A stretch of DNA of 64,000 bases from Heptranchias perlo (lineage: Eukaryota). The notes beneath the pieces were generated by a model. The model did no database searches and was not told where the DNA came from. It worked only from the letters and a program-made list of their open reading frames with translations. The translations under genes were made by a program, and so were the position numbers. The stretch is taken from assembly GCF_035084215.1 (NCBI RefSeq), contig NW_027138451.1, positions 1,488,001-1,552,000 on the forward strand, given 5' to 3'. Below are positions 1 to 10,900 of this stretch, in pieces (positions within the stretch are counted from its first letter, which is position 1; each line of letters begins with the position of its first letter).

Positions 1-355
1 CTTTGAGCTCTGTGCTGTTTTAAGTGTGGAGTTTAATGTGACCAATTTGGCTTTTATTTTATTCCTTCACTTTCTATTTTCCGGGCGGACTGTGAAAGGG
101 GTTCGGTTTGGCGGCAAAACATTTAAATGAATGATCTGAACATTGTTTATTCTGATTGTAGATTTCTCGGAGAAACAGCAGGAGTTCATTTATCAGTTAA
201 CTGATAATTCGGAAGCTGAAGTGGCAACTTCCGAAATGAAGAGAGAAGGCAATAAATAAACAACATCAACAAAGTGAAAGGAAGAGAGAGATAGAATCGG
301 AGTGTTTATTCGCTGCTCCGGATCTAAGATTATTTGCTGACCACTGGTTATATGT

Positions 356-436
356 GATCGCGTGGTTTAATGGATAAGGCGTCTGACTTCTGTTTGATGT
401 ATTAGTAGATTGTAGGTTCGAGTCCTGTTGCAGTTG
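356..436 (+). pseudogene. tRNA-Arg pseudogene (Arg-TCG-family body, anticodon now TCT, 8-nt insert after position 37)
   Basis: GATCGCGTGGTTTAATGGATAAGGCGTCTGACT-TCT-G[TTTGATGT]ATTAGTAGATTGTAGGTTCGAGTCCTGTTGCAGTTG aligns to the vertebrate Arg-TCG consensus with many C>T changes. A and B boxes are recognisable and TTTT follows. Stems carry mismatches. Confidence 0.75.
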
Positions 437-627
437 TTTTACACACTGAGTGAAAACGTGTCTTCCAGGTCCTGAAACTATTTCACACCCGACCATTTCT
501 AACAGTGCCTGAAGTGATGCAACGAAAATACATTAAAAAACCGACCCAAAAAACACCGCAATTACATTTATGGAACGCCACAGCCCGACCCCAATCGATT
601 CACATACAATGAATTATATCTTAACTA

Positions 628-750
628 TCAGAGAAGGTACAGCACAGGCAGAGGTCATTTGGCCCATCGGACCTGTGCCGCCTCTTTGAAAAAGCGATCC
701 AATTAATCCCATTCTATTCCCCTGTTCTTTTCCCAGAGCTCTGCAAATGT
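628..750 (-). mobile_element. CR1-type LINE 3' end fragment
   Basis: ACAGCACAGGCAGAGGTCATTTGGCCCATCG...CCAATTAATCCC resembles the reverse complement of CR1 3' termini seen elsewhere in the window (GGGCCGAATGGCCT). Confidence 0.55.
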
Positions 751-772
751 TCAGTGACGGAGTTGATCAATT

Positions 773-850
773 GTCTCTGTGACGCAATCGATCAGCGCGT
801 TGGGCCATGAATTAAAAATGTTGTTGGTGATTCGAGCCCCTCCAGGGACG
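773..850 (+). pseudogene. tRNA-Asn pseudogene
   Basis: GTCTCTGTGACGCAATCGATCAGCGCGTT...TTGGTGATTCGAGCCCCTCCAGGGACG matches vertebrate tRNA-Asn-GTT at both ends. The anticodon arm is degraded. Confidence 0.8.
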
Positions 851-953
851 GGTCTTTCGAGTTTATTTGTAACATCCACAGTCTGACAATTTCACCTTTG
901 CAATGTGCCTTTTGGCTGTAACATTGTGCTGAGCACAGGTGCACATCTTAAGT

Positions 954-1180
954 TCCTCTACCTCCCGCCCCATTAACACACTGGTCACCAGCACCTACAG
1001 TCCTGTGATCTCCTCTACCTCCCGCCCCATTAACACACTGATCACCGGCACCTGCAGTCCCGGGATCTCCTCTACCTCCCGCCCCATTAACACACTGATC
1101 ACCGGCACCTACAATCCCGGGATCTCCTCTACCTCCCGCCGATTAACACACTGGTCACCGGCACCTACAATCCAGGTCAT
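954..1180. repeat. 57-bp minisatellite, ~4 copies
   Basis: TCCTCTACCTCCCGCC...ATTAACACACTG..CACC.GCACCT.CA.TCC recurs at 954, 1011, 1068 and 1125. Confidence 0.9.
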
Positions 1181-1634
1181 ATCTTTATGAAATAAATGTT
1201 TGTCTTTTTCCTATTTGATGTCCAGTTATGGTTCATTTGATTTTCCTGGGTTTGGATTGTGACCGTACCAATTTAATGGCAGTGAGCTGATATTGCCAAT
1301 CGGGCTCAGCATTCTCTGGCGAGCAGTTACCTGCCCTATAAGTTCCGCTGATAACCTGATATCTGACGAATTTCCTTTCCATGTTCCATTACATCTATGC
1401 TTTTCTTTTTAGGGTTCAAACGAGGGTGCACAAAGTTAAACACAAAGCAATTTGTCAACATACACGTCTGGTCAGTAAACGCAAGAGCACGCAGACAGAA
1501 TCCCAATGGACAAAAGCCCTTCTCATTCACTCCCACTGGAAAAAATCCTAAAAGACCAAAACCTTTCCTAATCTCTCCCATTGCATAGAATCACAAAGAG
1601 AAAAAAACCCTTCTCATTCCAAGCCATGATAGAG

Positions 1635-2042
1635 AGTGCGGTGCCCAGAACTGAACACAGTACTTGAAATGAGGTCTAACCAGAGCTCTGGAAAACTGTG
1701 ACAAAACTTCCACTCCTTTATATTCCAGTTCCCTTGAGATAAAGATCAAAATTTAATTTCCATGTTACCGTATATTTGTAGTGAATTCTGTACTTGGACC
1801 CCTAAATCTCTCTCCTCCCCCACAGTTCTTAGCTTCTTCTTAATTAGTAAAAACACTGATCTATCTTTTTAAGGTTCAAAGTGGATGACCTCAAACTTTC
1901 CCACGTTGAACTCCATCTGCCACTGTTTTGCCCACTCACTTAATCTATCAATGTCCCTTTGAAACTTTCTGTTCCCATCTATACTGTTTACTGTGCCACC
2001 TAACTTCTTGTCGTCAGCATACTTGGATATAAGGCTCTCTGC
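1635..2042 (-). mobile_element. CR1 LINE ORF2 reverse-transcriptase fragment (degenerate)
   Basis: Minus-strand translation ISKYADDKKLGG..FQRDIDRLSEWAKQWQMEFNVGK.EVIHF, the CR1 RT YADD motif and downstream block. Confidence 0.85.
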
Positions 2043-2475
2043 ATAAGAACATAACAAATAGGAGCAGGAGTAGGCCATACGGCCCCTCGAGCCGGCTCCG
2101 CCATTCAATCAGATCTTGGGGGATCTTGGACCTCAACTCCACTTTCCCGCCCGATCCCCATATCCATGATTCCTCCAGATTTCAAAAATCTATCGATCTC
2201 CGCTTTGAATATATTGAACGATTGAGCGTCCACAGCCCTCTGGGGAAGAGAATTCCAAAGTTTCCTAATCCTTTGAGTGAAGAAATTTTCCCTGAATGGC
2301 CGACACCTTATCTTGAGACCATGAGCTCGAGTTCGTGACTCTCCAGCCAGGGAAATCAGCTTCTCAGTAACTACCCTGTCAAGTCGTCTAAGAAATGTAT
2401 ATGTTTCAATGCGATCACCTCTAATTCTTTTAAACTCCGTCGAATATACGCCAATTTTACACAATATCTCCTGAT
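2043..2475 (-). mobile_element. CR1 LINE 3' end (ORF2 C-terminus and 3'UTR), adjacent to or nested with the previous fragment
   Basis: RIRGDRIETY..TRAHGLKI..FFTQRI..LWNSLPQRAVDA..FKAEIDRFL, typical of the CR1 ORF2 C-terminus. Terminal GGCCGTATGGCCTACTCCTGCTCCTAT with a short TTATGTTC-type tail. Confidence 0.85.
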
Positions 2476-2755
2476 GGTAAAATTGCAGCAAGACCTCCTT
2501 CCTCTTATATTCCAACGCCTTGTAATAAAGACTAACAAAACATTTGCGTTCCTCACTCTCATTGCACCCTCGGTAACTTAGTATTTCCAGTATATTGTCG
2601 TCTATTCCTTCTACAAGGAAAATAAATGAACGTTGAAAAGATTTCATTAATATCACGCCTGCTTATGTTTTGGAAACAACCCTCAGCTGAATTGAAACAA
2701 ATTCGTTTGTCAACTTCGAGTTTCTGAAGGAAGCAAATTAGTACAAACACTGAAT

Positions 2756-2809
2756 TGCGATGTCCGGGAATCGAACCCGGGTTTATGCTCATCACTATAC
2801 CACCATCGC
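2756..2809 (-). pseudogene. tRNA-Gly(TCC)-derived pseudogene lacking the anticodon arm
   Basis: The minus strand reads GCGATGGTGGTATAGTGATGAGCATAA-ACCCGGGTTCGATTCCCGGACATCGCA. This is the Gly-TCC acceptor, D and T arms with ~18 nt of anticodon arm missing. Confidence 0.75.
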
Positions 2810-2897
2810 TGACTAGCAAAAATAATTAAATAGTTCCGAAACATCAGACCCTGAACAGGCACTGCAGGCTGTTGGATTCTGTTCCTCATTTCAACTG

Positions 2898-3006
2898 TGT
2901 CTGGATTTCCACATCGTTCACCTGAGGAAGGAGGTAGCCTCCGAAAGCTTGTGAATTTAAAATAAAATTGCTGGACTATAACTTGGTGTTGTAAAATTGT
3001 TTACAA
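2898..3006 (+). mobile_element. Short Penelope-like (pseudo-LTR) element with minimal hammerhead ribozyme motif (2917-2955)
   Basis: TTCAC-CTGAGGA-A-GGAGG-TAG-CCTCC-GAAA-GCTT-GTGAA followed by AATAAA. Flanked by a near-identical 12-bp duplication, TCATTTCAACTG (2886-2897) and TCATTTAAACTG (3007-3018). Confidence 0.75.
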
Positions 3007-3046
3007 TCATTTAAACTGCTTTCTGACGGATCCTTTCTCGCTCTGT

Positions 3047-3079
3047 TGCAGTTCCCGTTTCCGTCCAGTAGATGTCGCC
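3047..3079 (+). promoter_or_regulatory. Putative CTCF site with upstream module
   Basis: TGCAGTTCC upstream motif followed by CCAGTAGATGTCGCC. Homologous to the site downstream of each H2A. Confidence 0.55.
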
Positions 3080-3234
3080 AACCCCCAATCAATGGAAATT
3101 ACACAAAAGCCAGTAATTCTTCACCTCATATCGGACTGAAGAGATGGTCGATACCTGCAATACTTTATCAGCTGTACGCACATAGTGCCGCAGCTCACAT
3201 CAGCCATTGAGTAAAGTTAAATAATTACATTAAA

Positions 3235-4555
3235 TCATCACGGAGACCTGAATACCAGCTGGACACAAATGGCAGCTTAATATTCAAGTCCATAAGAAAG
3301 GACAGGGAAATAGGGAAAGGAGGAGGAGTAGAAATATTACTAAAGGGCAATATTACAGCAGTTGAAAGATAGAATATCAGTTAGGGTGAGGGAGCAGTGT
3401 AAACACTCTGAGAGACCCATGGTTCATGTCGTAGATGTGATATATTTGGATTTTCCGAAGGCCTTCGATAAGGTACCACACTTCAGACTCATGGCTTAAG
3501 TTTACAGCACGTGGAGTCAGGGGACAGGTGGCAGAATGGTTTGCAAGCTGGCAACAAAACAGAAAACTGAAAATAGAGGTTAAGGGTAGTTACTCAGACT
3601 GGCAAAAGGTGGGAAGTGGAGTTCCACAGGGATCGGTGTTGGGACCACTGTTGTTCACAAGTTACATTAACAATTCGGGACTCGAGAATCGGAAGTACAA
3701 TTTCTAAGTTTGTGGACGACACCAAATTGGCGGATGTGGTTAATAAAAAGGAAGAATGCATCAAAATGCAAGAGGATATTAATAAACTTGCAGAATGAAG
3801 AATAAGGAGGTCACATACTGCTTGAATAGTAAGAGTCTAATCGGGATAGAAGAGCAAAGGGATCTAGTGGTACAGATATACAAATTACTGAAAGTAGCGA
3901 CGCAGCTTGATAAGGTCACAAAATGGCAAGTCAAACACTAGGATTCATTTCCAGATTGATAGAATTGAAAAGCAATAAAGTTATGTTGAACTTGTATGGG
4001 ACCTTGGTTAGACCATACTTGGAGTGTTGTGCACAGTTCTGGTCTGCAATTATAGAAAGGACTTAGAAGGTGCAAAAAAGATTCTCATGATACGAGAAAT
4101 GAGAGAATATTCTTATTAGGAAATGCTGAACAGATTGGGGGTGTTTTCATTAGAATAGAGAAGGCTGAGGGGTGACCTGATAGAGGCCTTACAGTGGGGT
4201 TTCATGGGGTAGACATAGAGAAAATGTTTCCATTTGTCGGGAGTCCAAAACTAAAGGTAATAATGATAAAATTTTCGCTAATAAATCCAATAGGGAATTC
4301 GGGAAAAACTGCTTTACCCAGAAAGTGGTTAGAATGTGGAAAACGTTACCGCAAGGAGTAGTTCAGACAAATAGCACAGGTGCAATTGAGGGGAAGCTAG
4401 AGAAACACATGAGGAAGAAAGGAATCGAAGGGTATTCTGATCGGGTTAGATGAAGTAGGGAAGGAGGAGCCTCGTGTGGAGCATAAATGCCGGAACAGAC
4501 CAGTTGGGCCGAATGGCCTCTTTCTGTGCCGTAGTTTCGATGTAACTCGATGTAA
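3235..4555 (+). mobile_element. Degenerate CR1 LINE (endonuclease remnant, RT, 3'UTR)
   Basis: Remnants RKDRE.GKGGGV, VDVIYLDF.KAFDKVPH, SGVPQGSVLGPLLF, ISKFVDDTKL. Ends GGGCCGAATGGCCTCTTTCTGTGCCGTA plus a TCGATGTAA repeat tail. Multiple stops and frameshifts. Confidence 0.9.
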
Positions 4556-4600
4556 AGGCTCTTTTCAGAGCCACCCAGTGTATCTCTGAAAGGGCTGGTT
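4554..4600 (+). terminator. Orphan H2A-type histone 3' stem-loop and HDE
   Basis: AAAGGCTCTTTTCAGAGCCACCCA...GAAAGGGCTGGTTACTGTCTGAA is nearly identical to the H2A 3' end at 15899-15955. No histone CDS lies upstream; the CR1 tail abuts it. Confidence 0.85.
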
Positions 4601-5059
4601 ACTGTCTGAAGGGAGACGCTGATATCATGCTACCAGTGTTGCTTTGAGCTGCTTTTTTCTCGTTGCAGGCGAGATGAGGTATTAATGGGACTGGAGTCGG
4701 GGCACCGACCACATTCCGGTACTTTAAACGGTAAGTTATGGCCCCCAGTCCACACATCACCAGATTTCTTGTATTATTTAAACTACTTGCCATGCTGGGC
4801 TCGTAAAACATCACCAGAACTGCTCGACTAACCTTTCTATATCTGCGGGATTCAGCGCTTCGCTCCGTTTCTGCTCTATTTTGTTAGATTATTTACATAA
4901 CGCATCAAACTCATAGGGGAATCAGTGAAATGTAACTCTGTACAGAAACAAATAACAGTGAACGGCCTGGTGCCCAGGAGATCAGAAGCATTACTCGCCT
5001 TTCGTCCTGTTAACAAGCAAACCGTGTTTACAGTCCACCGACCCGCTTCGGTTCCATAT

Positions 5060-5620
5060 GGGGGATTAAACAGAGAAAGCGGGAGGGGAGGAGACAGAGT
5101 GACAGACAGGACAGATGGCAGACTCTAATCTTCCAGCTCCACCTCCAGTTATCCCCGACCGCCGATTTCTAACGATAATTGAACCGAAACACAACGCTCC
5201 GCACAAACCCTTACAGACTCGGGCTTCATATTCAAAGATTCCCAGAAACCCGGAGCTTTCAAATAAGCCCCGTTACAATGAAAAGTCAGTACCATTCCTG
5301 CCTAAACACAGTCCATTCAAGAACAGTCAACTCGGCTCCTCCATTTCAGTCTGCCCCCCTGTTCTATCTCCCCACGCATCCCCTCCCAGACTGGTTCAGC
5401 AGTTTACAAATACCTTACAAATATTTGGAGAATCTCATGTGTTGGGGTTTTAGTTATGACGCCGAGTTTCTCCGCGAGTGTTACGCTCTCACAGAGACTC
5501 TCACCCTGAATCTGTGAAAAAATTATCACCATGAACTGGGACTGGATCCGAACACATCCCCAGTTACAATGAGGCCTGGCCCCGACATCTCATTCTCTCT
5601 GTTTTATATCAGACAGTATC
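5060..5620. repeat. Diverged relic of the H4-H1 intergenic spacer
   Basis: Aligns to 19680-20215 (CTTCCAGCTCCACCTCCAG, GCTCCGCACAAACCCTTACAGACTC, TTCCCAGAAACCCGGAGCTTT). Carries only about one 33-mer-like unit. Confidence 0.8.
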
Positions 5621-6526
5621 CCACCTTCATATCCGTACCAGAGAGAGAGAGACTGTCAGTCTTACTCTTCAGATCAGTGTGTTCATATCACGCTCAATAG
5701 CAGTATCCAACCTTCATATACTGCACCAGAGGGAGAGAGAGGGCGACCGACACGGTGAGAGAGCGCGGAGAGACACAGTGTCACAATATCAATTGCAGAC
5801 TGACCTGTAAAGTTCCGTTTTTTTTCCAGAAAGATCTCATTGGAGAGACAGAAGGTGCAATCTAATCTCTCACTGATATTGTACCAGAGGCAGACACATT
5901 ATTAATCCCACACTCAGGGACAGTGCAGAGCGCGACAAAAACAATGGGCCACATTGAATCCTCTGTTGCCTGTTGTACTATATTCGGTTTTGCAGCTCAA
6001 GGTCGTTCGGTACTAAACTAAATAAGCGCGCGTTTCACTCTGATCATATTAATCTGGGACTGTTGCTGTCAGATATTAAACCGACACGGTCCCAGAAAAC
6101 ACACGGACTCCGACTTTCCTCCAATGTTTCTGTAGGATTGGTTTTGAGAAATCCTCCCTTCAGTTTCTTCCTCAAGCGTCAGTTTTATCAGTAAAGGAGC
6201 CAAGAATGAACAGAACCCATTGGCTCATTCCACAGCCGCCTTCTTTATCTCTGAAAGACTACTTACCATTAAAAGATCCCGAGAGAAACAGCAGGGATGG
6301 AAACATCTAGTTTCATAGTTGGAGATTGGAAAGTCAGTCTGGATTCCAGCGTGAGGCACTGGTGGAATCCCATCTGTTCCCCATTCTGGTGCCTGTTCCT
6401 GCACTGCCTGTGGACCCCATTCCCTCTGACCTTTCCCCCAGACCCACTTCCTTTGCTCAGACTCGGAAAAATTCCAATTGGGGAAAGTTTACATCGATTT
6501 CAGGATTGGGAATTAAACCAGATATC

Positions 6527-6650
6527 TGCGCATGCGTGACTCAGCCCCGCCCCCAGCGCTGGTTGGTGGTGAGCAGAAGAGCGCATGCGCGCTGCCCTCC
6601 CCCAGCTCGGCCTGTGGGCGCCATTCCCTCAGTGAGCGGAAGAAGATGGT
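6527..6650 (+). promoter_or_regulatory. GC-rich housekeeping-type promoter, non-histone (copy 1)
   Basis: Two NRF1-type GCGCATGCG motifs (6527, 6581), TGACTCA (6537), GC box (6544), YY1-like GCGCCATT and AAGATGG, ETS-like GCGGAAG. Strand is inferred from the downstream exon. Confidence 0.6.
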
Positions 6651-7480
6651 TTAAAACAGGCGGGAATGGAGAGATCACGGCCCCCGGGGGAAGGGAGCAA
6701 AGAGCAGCCTCGTTACAGCAGCTCATCGCTCCGGGACCGTGTCCGCAGATGGGCTCAGAGATCGGCATTGAGTCCGGGGGAAGGGCAGGGGGAGTCCGGG
6801 GGATGTTTGTAAGAGGCGGAGTGGATCAGGAACTGGTCCCGGAACATGGAGTGAGAGGGGGGGCGGAAGGGAGAGGTCATTCTCGGGCTGTGTGTGGACA
6901 GGGTGTGTCCAGGGGAAGGGAGAGAGAATGGGAAGAAGCTGCTATTAAAATCATTGCTGCTTTCTCTCCCCAAACCAGGAGTGAATGGTCCTGGTTTAGT
7001 TCCAGTCTCCCCCTGTTTATTGTTATTGGACAGTGAAGAGTGGAAACAGAGCCGGAGAGTAAGGATGTGGGGAGTTATACAAAGAGCATCTATTGCAGGC
7101 ACCAGGTGAGAAGTGTGAAGGAGACATTTTAAACAGCGGCTGTTTGCTTTAAGTTGAACGGTTAGTCCCGTGGGAGAGGGGATTAGAAACCTGACCTGCA
7201 CAAAGGTCCCTGCCCCATCGGCTAGTCCCATTCATGGATCAGTGCAGGGGTTGGGTTGTGTCTGGATATCACTCAATTGTTTTAAATTCGCGCAAAACAC
7301 CTGGTATCAGAAGCTGAGTGCTGCAGTACTGCAGTGGAGTCAGACACTGACTCTGTTTGTATCACTGGTTTTCATTTGTGGGTATTCAAAATAATTATTG
7401 ACAGGGATATTAAACTGATCACTTTTGTATTTTCTACCTCACCTGTTCTTGAGTTACAAGAGATACGTTTCTTTCTACAG

Positions 7481-7702
7481 GCAAACCCTTGAAGGATCCA
7501 GAATGAATGTGAAGTTTCCTCCACCCGAGGCAAAGGAAGAGTGCAGCCAGCTCCTCACACACAGTCGGTATATTATCACTCACAGAGCACAGAGACACAG
7601 ACAGGTCATCAGGTCCACAGTCTCAGACAGCAGAGGTAGTCAGTCCCACACTGATCCCAGGTTCCAGAGACACATTTTCAATCCAACAGTCAAACAGAGC
7701 AG
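7481..7702 (+). other. Putative 222-nt internal exon of unknown transcript (copy 1)
   Basis: Acceptor TTTCTTTCTACAG|G and donor CAG|GTGAGG. Length divisible by 3 with one open frame. Confidence 0.45.
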
Positions 7703-7939
7703 GTGAGGCAGACGCTGTTTCCATTTCCCCCGAACTCAGTCCCGCTGACAGGAAGATCCAAAAATCCCAGTCCAAAGCTTTCAGATTGTCAATTTCACAA
7801 AAGGGCAACATTATCCGTGAATTAAATACCAGATACCCCGAGATTACAATTGAATACTGGCCCAGAACTCTCACACACACGTGAGTTTAATACATGGAGT
7901 ATCCATTCGAATAGCGGATCATGAGATACAAATTGCAAG

Positions 7940-10900
7940 TCCAAAACTCATGGACAGTATCAGATTGAGAAATGCTGTGACAGTGTAACCTGAGGAACAA
8001 ATTAGATACCAGTTTATAATATGCTCATTGTGTGAGATTTAAAGACGCAGTATCAATTTCTTTAGTACAGACTGATCTACACATTATGTACCAATTCAAA
8101 AATATCACCATATCAGTGTGAAAGATACATTATCATTCACAATATTACTCACAGACATATAGATTTAATAGTTGTCCAAAAAGCACACAAATCATCAAAG
8201 CATCAAATACTTAAGTGTATCCATATTCACCAATTAAATAATGAGAAAAACTATTTAAACATTAAGGTATTAAAGCTACAGTATTGAACACAATAGTGTA
8301 ATCTGAGAGAATAAATATCTACAGATACACAATGAATCTTACACTCACATAACGTACCAAAGACTGACAGAAGCAGAAGGAATCCCAAACTCACATACAG
8401 TACCAGAGACTGACAGATACAGAATGAATCCCACACTCACACACAGTACCAGAGACTGACAGATACAGAATGAATCCCACACTCACACACAGTACCAGAG
8501 ATTGACAGATACAGAATGAATCCCACACTCACACACAGTACCAGAGACTGACAGATACAGAATGAATCCCACACTCACACACAGTACCAGAGACTGAGGG
8601 ATACAGAATGAATCCCACACTCACACACAATACCAGAGGCTGACAGATACAGAATGAATCCCACACTCACACACAGTACCAGAGACTGACAGATACAGAA
8701 TGAATCCCACACTCACACACAGTACCAGAGACTGAGAGATACAAAGTGAATCTCACAATCACCTCCATTAGTGCAAGCTGAGTTACAACTTACGTACCAG
8801 AGCAAAAATCTCACAGTTGCAGATTGAAAGATACCATTTCAATTCCATTAATGCAGGCTTAGTTACACATTAGGTACCAGGCCAAAAATCTCAGTGTCAG
8901 AATGAACGATACAGTATCAATTCCATTAGTGCAGGCTGAGCTACGCATTATGAACAACTACAAAAAAACTGATACAGATTCAGACTGAAATATACAGTGT
9001 TTTATTCATGCAGACTGAGCTCCACATTATATACAAGTTCAAAAATGTCACCATATCAGTTTGGAAGATGCACAAATTCACAATTGTGTTCCCATCGATA
9101 TGGATTTAATGGAAGTCCAAAAATAGATGCCCACATTATCTGATTATATCCAATGGCATTACATTTTAAAATGTATCATTATCTACCAATTAATGACCGG
9201 GAAAAAATATTCATACATTAAGGCATTAAAGATACAGTTTTGAATGCCCTGCTGTAAACCGAGATACAAATTAGATAAAGATAAAGAATGAATCTCACAC
9301 TTCGATGGACTGCCAGAGACTGACATATAGAATGAATCCAAAACACATACAATGTACCAGTGACTGACAGATTCAAAATTAATCCCACACTCACACACTG
9401 TAGCACAGACTGTCAGATACAGAATTTATATCACTCACATACAGCATCAGAAATTGATAGATACAGAATGAACGTCTCACCAACACACAATACCTGAGAC
9501 TGACAGATACAGAATGAAGCCCACACCCACACACAATATCAGGGACTGACAGATACAGAATGAATCTCACGCTCACACACAGTACTACAGACTGACAGAT
9601 AAAGTATGAATACCACATACACGCAGTACCAGAAACTGACAGATACAGAATGAATCCCACACTCACACACATTTCCAGAGACAGACAGATACAGAATGAA
9701 TCCCACACTCACAGACAGTACCAGAGACTGAAAGATACAGAATGAATCCCACACTCACACACAGTACCAGAGACTGACAGATACAGAATGAATCCCACAC
9801 TCAAAAACAGTACCAGAGACTGACAGATACAGAATGAATCCCACACTCAAAAACAGTACCAGAGACTGACAGATACAGAATGAATCCCACACACAGTACC
9901 AGAGACTACGAGATACAGAATGAATCCCAAACTCACACACAGTACCAGAGACTGAAAGATACAGAATGAATCCCACACTCACACACAGTACCAGAGACTG
10001 AAAGATACAGAATGAATCCCACACTCACATACAGTACCGGAAACTGACAGATACAGAATGAATCTCACAGTCCCATTACTGCAGACTGAGTTACACTTTA
10101 CATACCAGTCCAAAGATCTCATTGTGTCAGATTGAAAAATACACAATATAGTCCATTCGAGCAGACTGAGCTACATATTAGATATATTGGTAAATACTCA
10201 GAGTATGATACTGAAATAAACAGTATCAATACCAATGGTACAGACTGAGCTACACATTACACACTGTTCCAAAAACCTCATAAATGATCAGACTGGAAGA
10301 TACAGTTTCAATTCTATTTGCACCGCCTGAGCTGTACATTACATACCAGACTGAAAATACGATCAAATGTTAGACTGAAAGGTACAGGATCGATTCCATG
10401 AGTGCAGACTGAGCCACACATAATATCGGGCAGTCCAACAATCTCATACCGTATCAGATTCAAAGATACAAAATCAAATCCATTAGCACAGACTGACCTA
10501 TATGTTGCTCACCAGTCCGAAAATCTCATACAGTATCAGATTGAAAGATTCAGTATCACTTCCACTATTGAAGACTGAACTACACATTACATTCCAGTCC
10601 AGAAATCTCTTACAGTATCAGACTGATAGATACAGTATCAATTCCTTTAGTGCAGGACAGGCTACATATTACATACCAGTCCAAACATCTCATACAGTGT
10701 CAGACTCAGATCGAGAATTCATCCCATTATTGCAGACTGAACTATACATTACATACCAGTCCAGTAATTTCACCGTGAACAGATTGAAAGGTACATTATC
10801 ATTCACAATAGAGTTCAGGGATTAAGATGTAACACACATTGTTTGATGAAAGAAAATCGAAAAGTTTATCCATATTAACAATTTTAATAATCGACAAAGA

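Noticed and set aside
939-1190. 83-aa Ser/Thr-rich repeat ORF
   Set aside because: Translation of the 57-bp minisatellite, with a GTG start and no splice context.
8380-8750. CRISPR-like appearance of regularly spaced repeats
   Set aside because: Head-to-tail monomers without unique spacers, no cas genes, vertebrate context.
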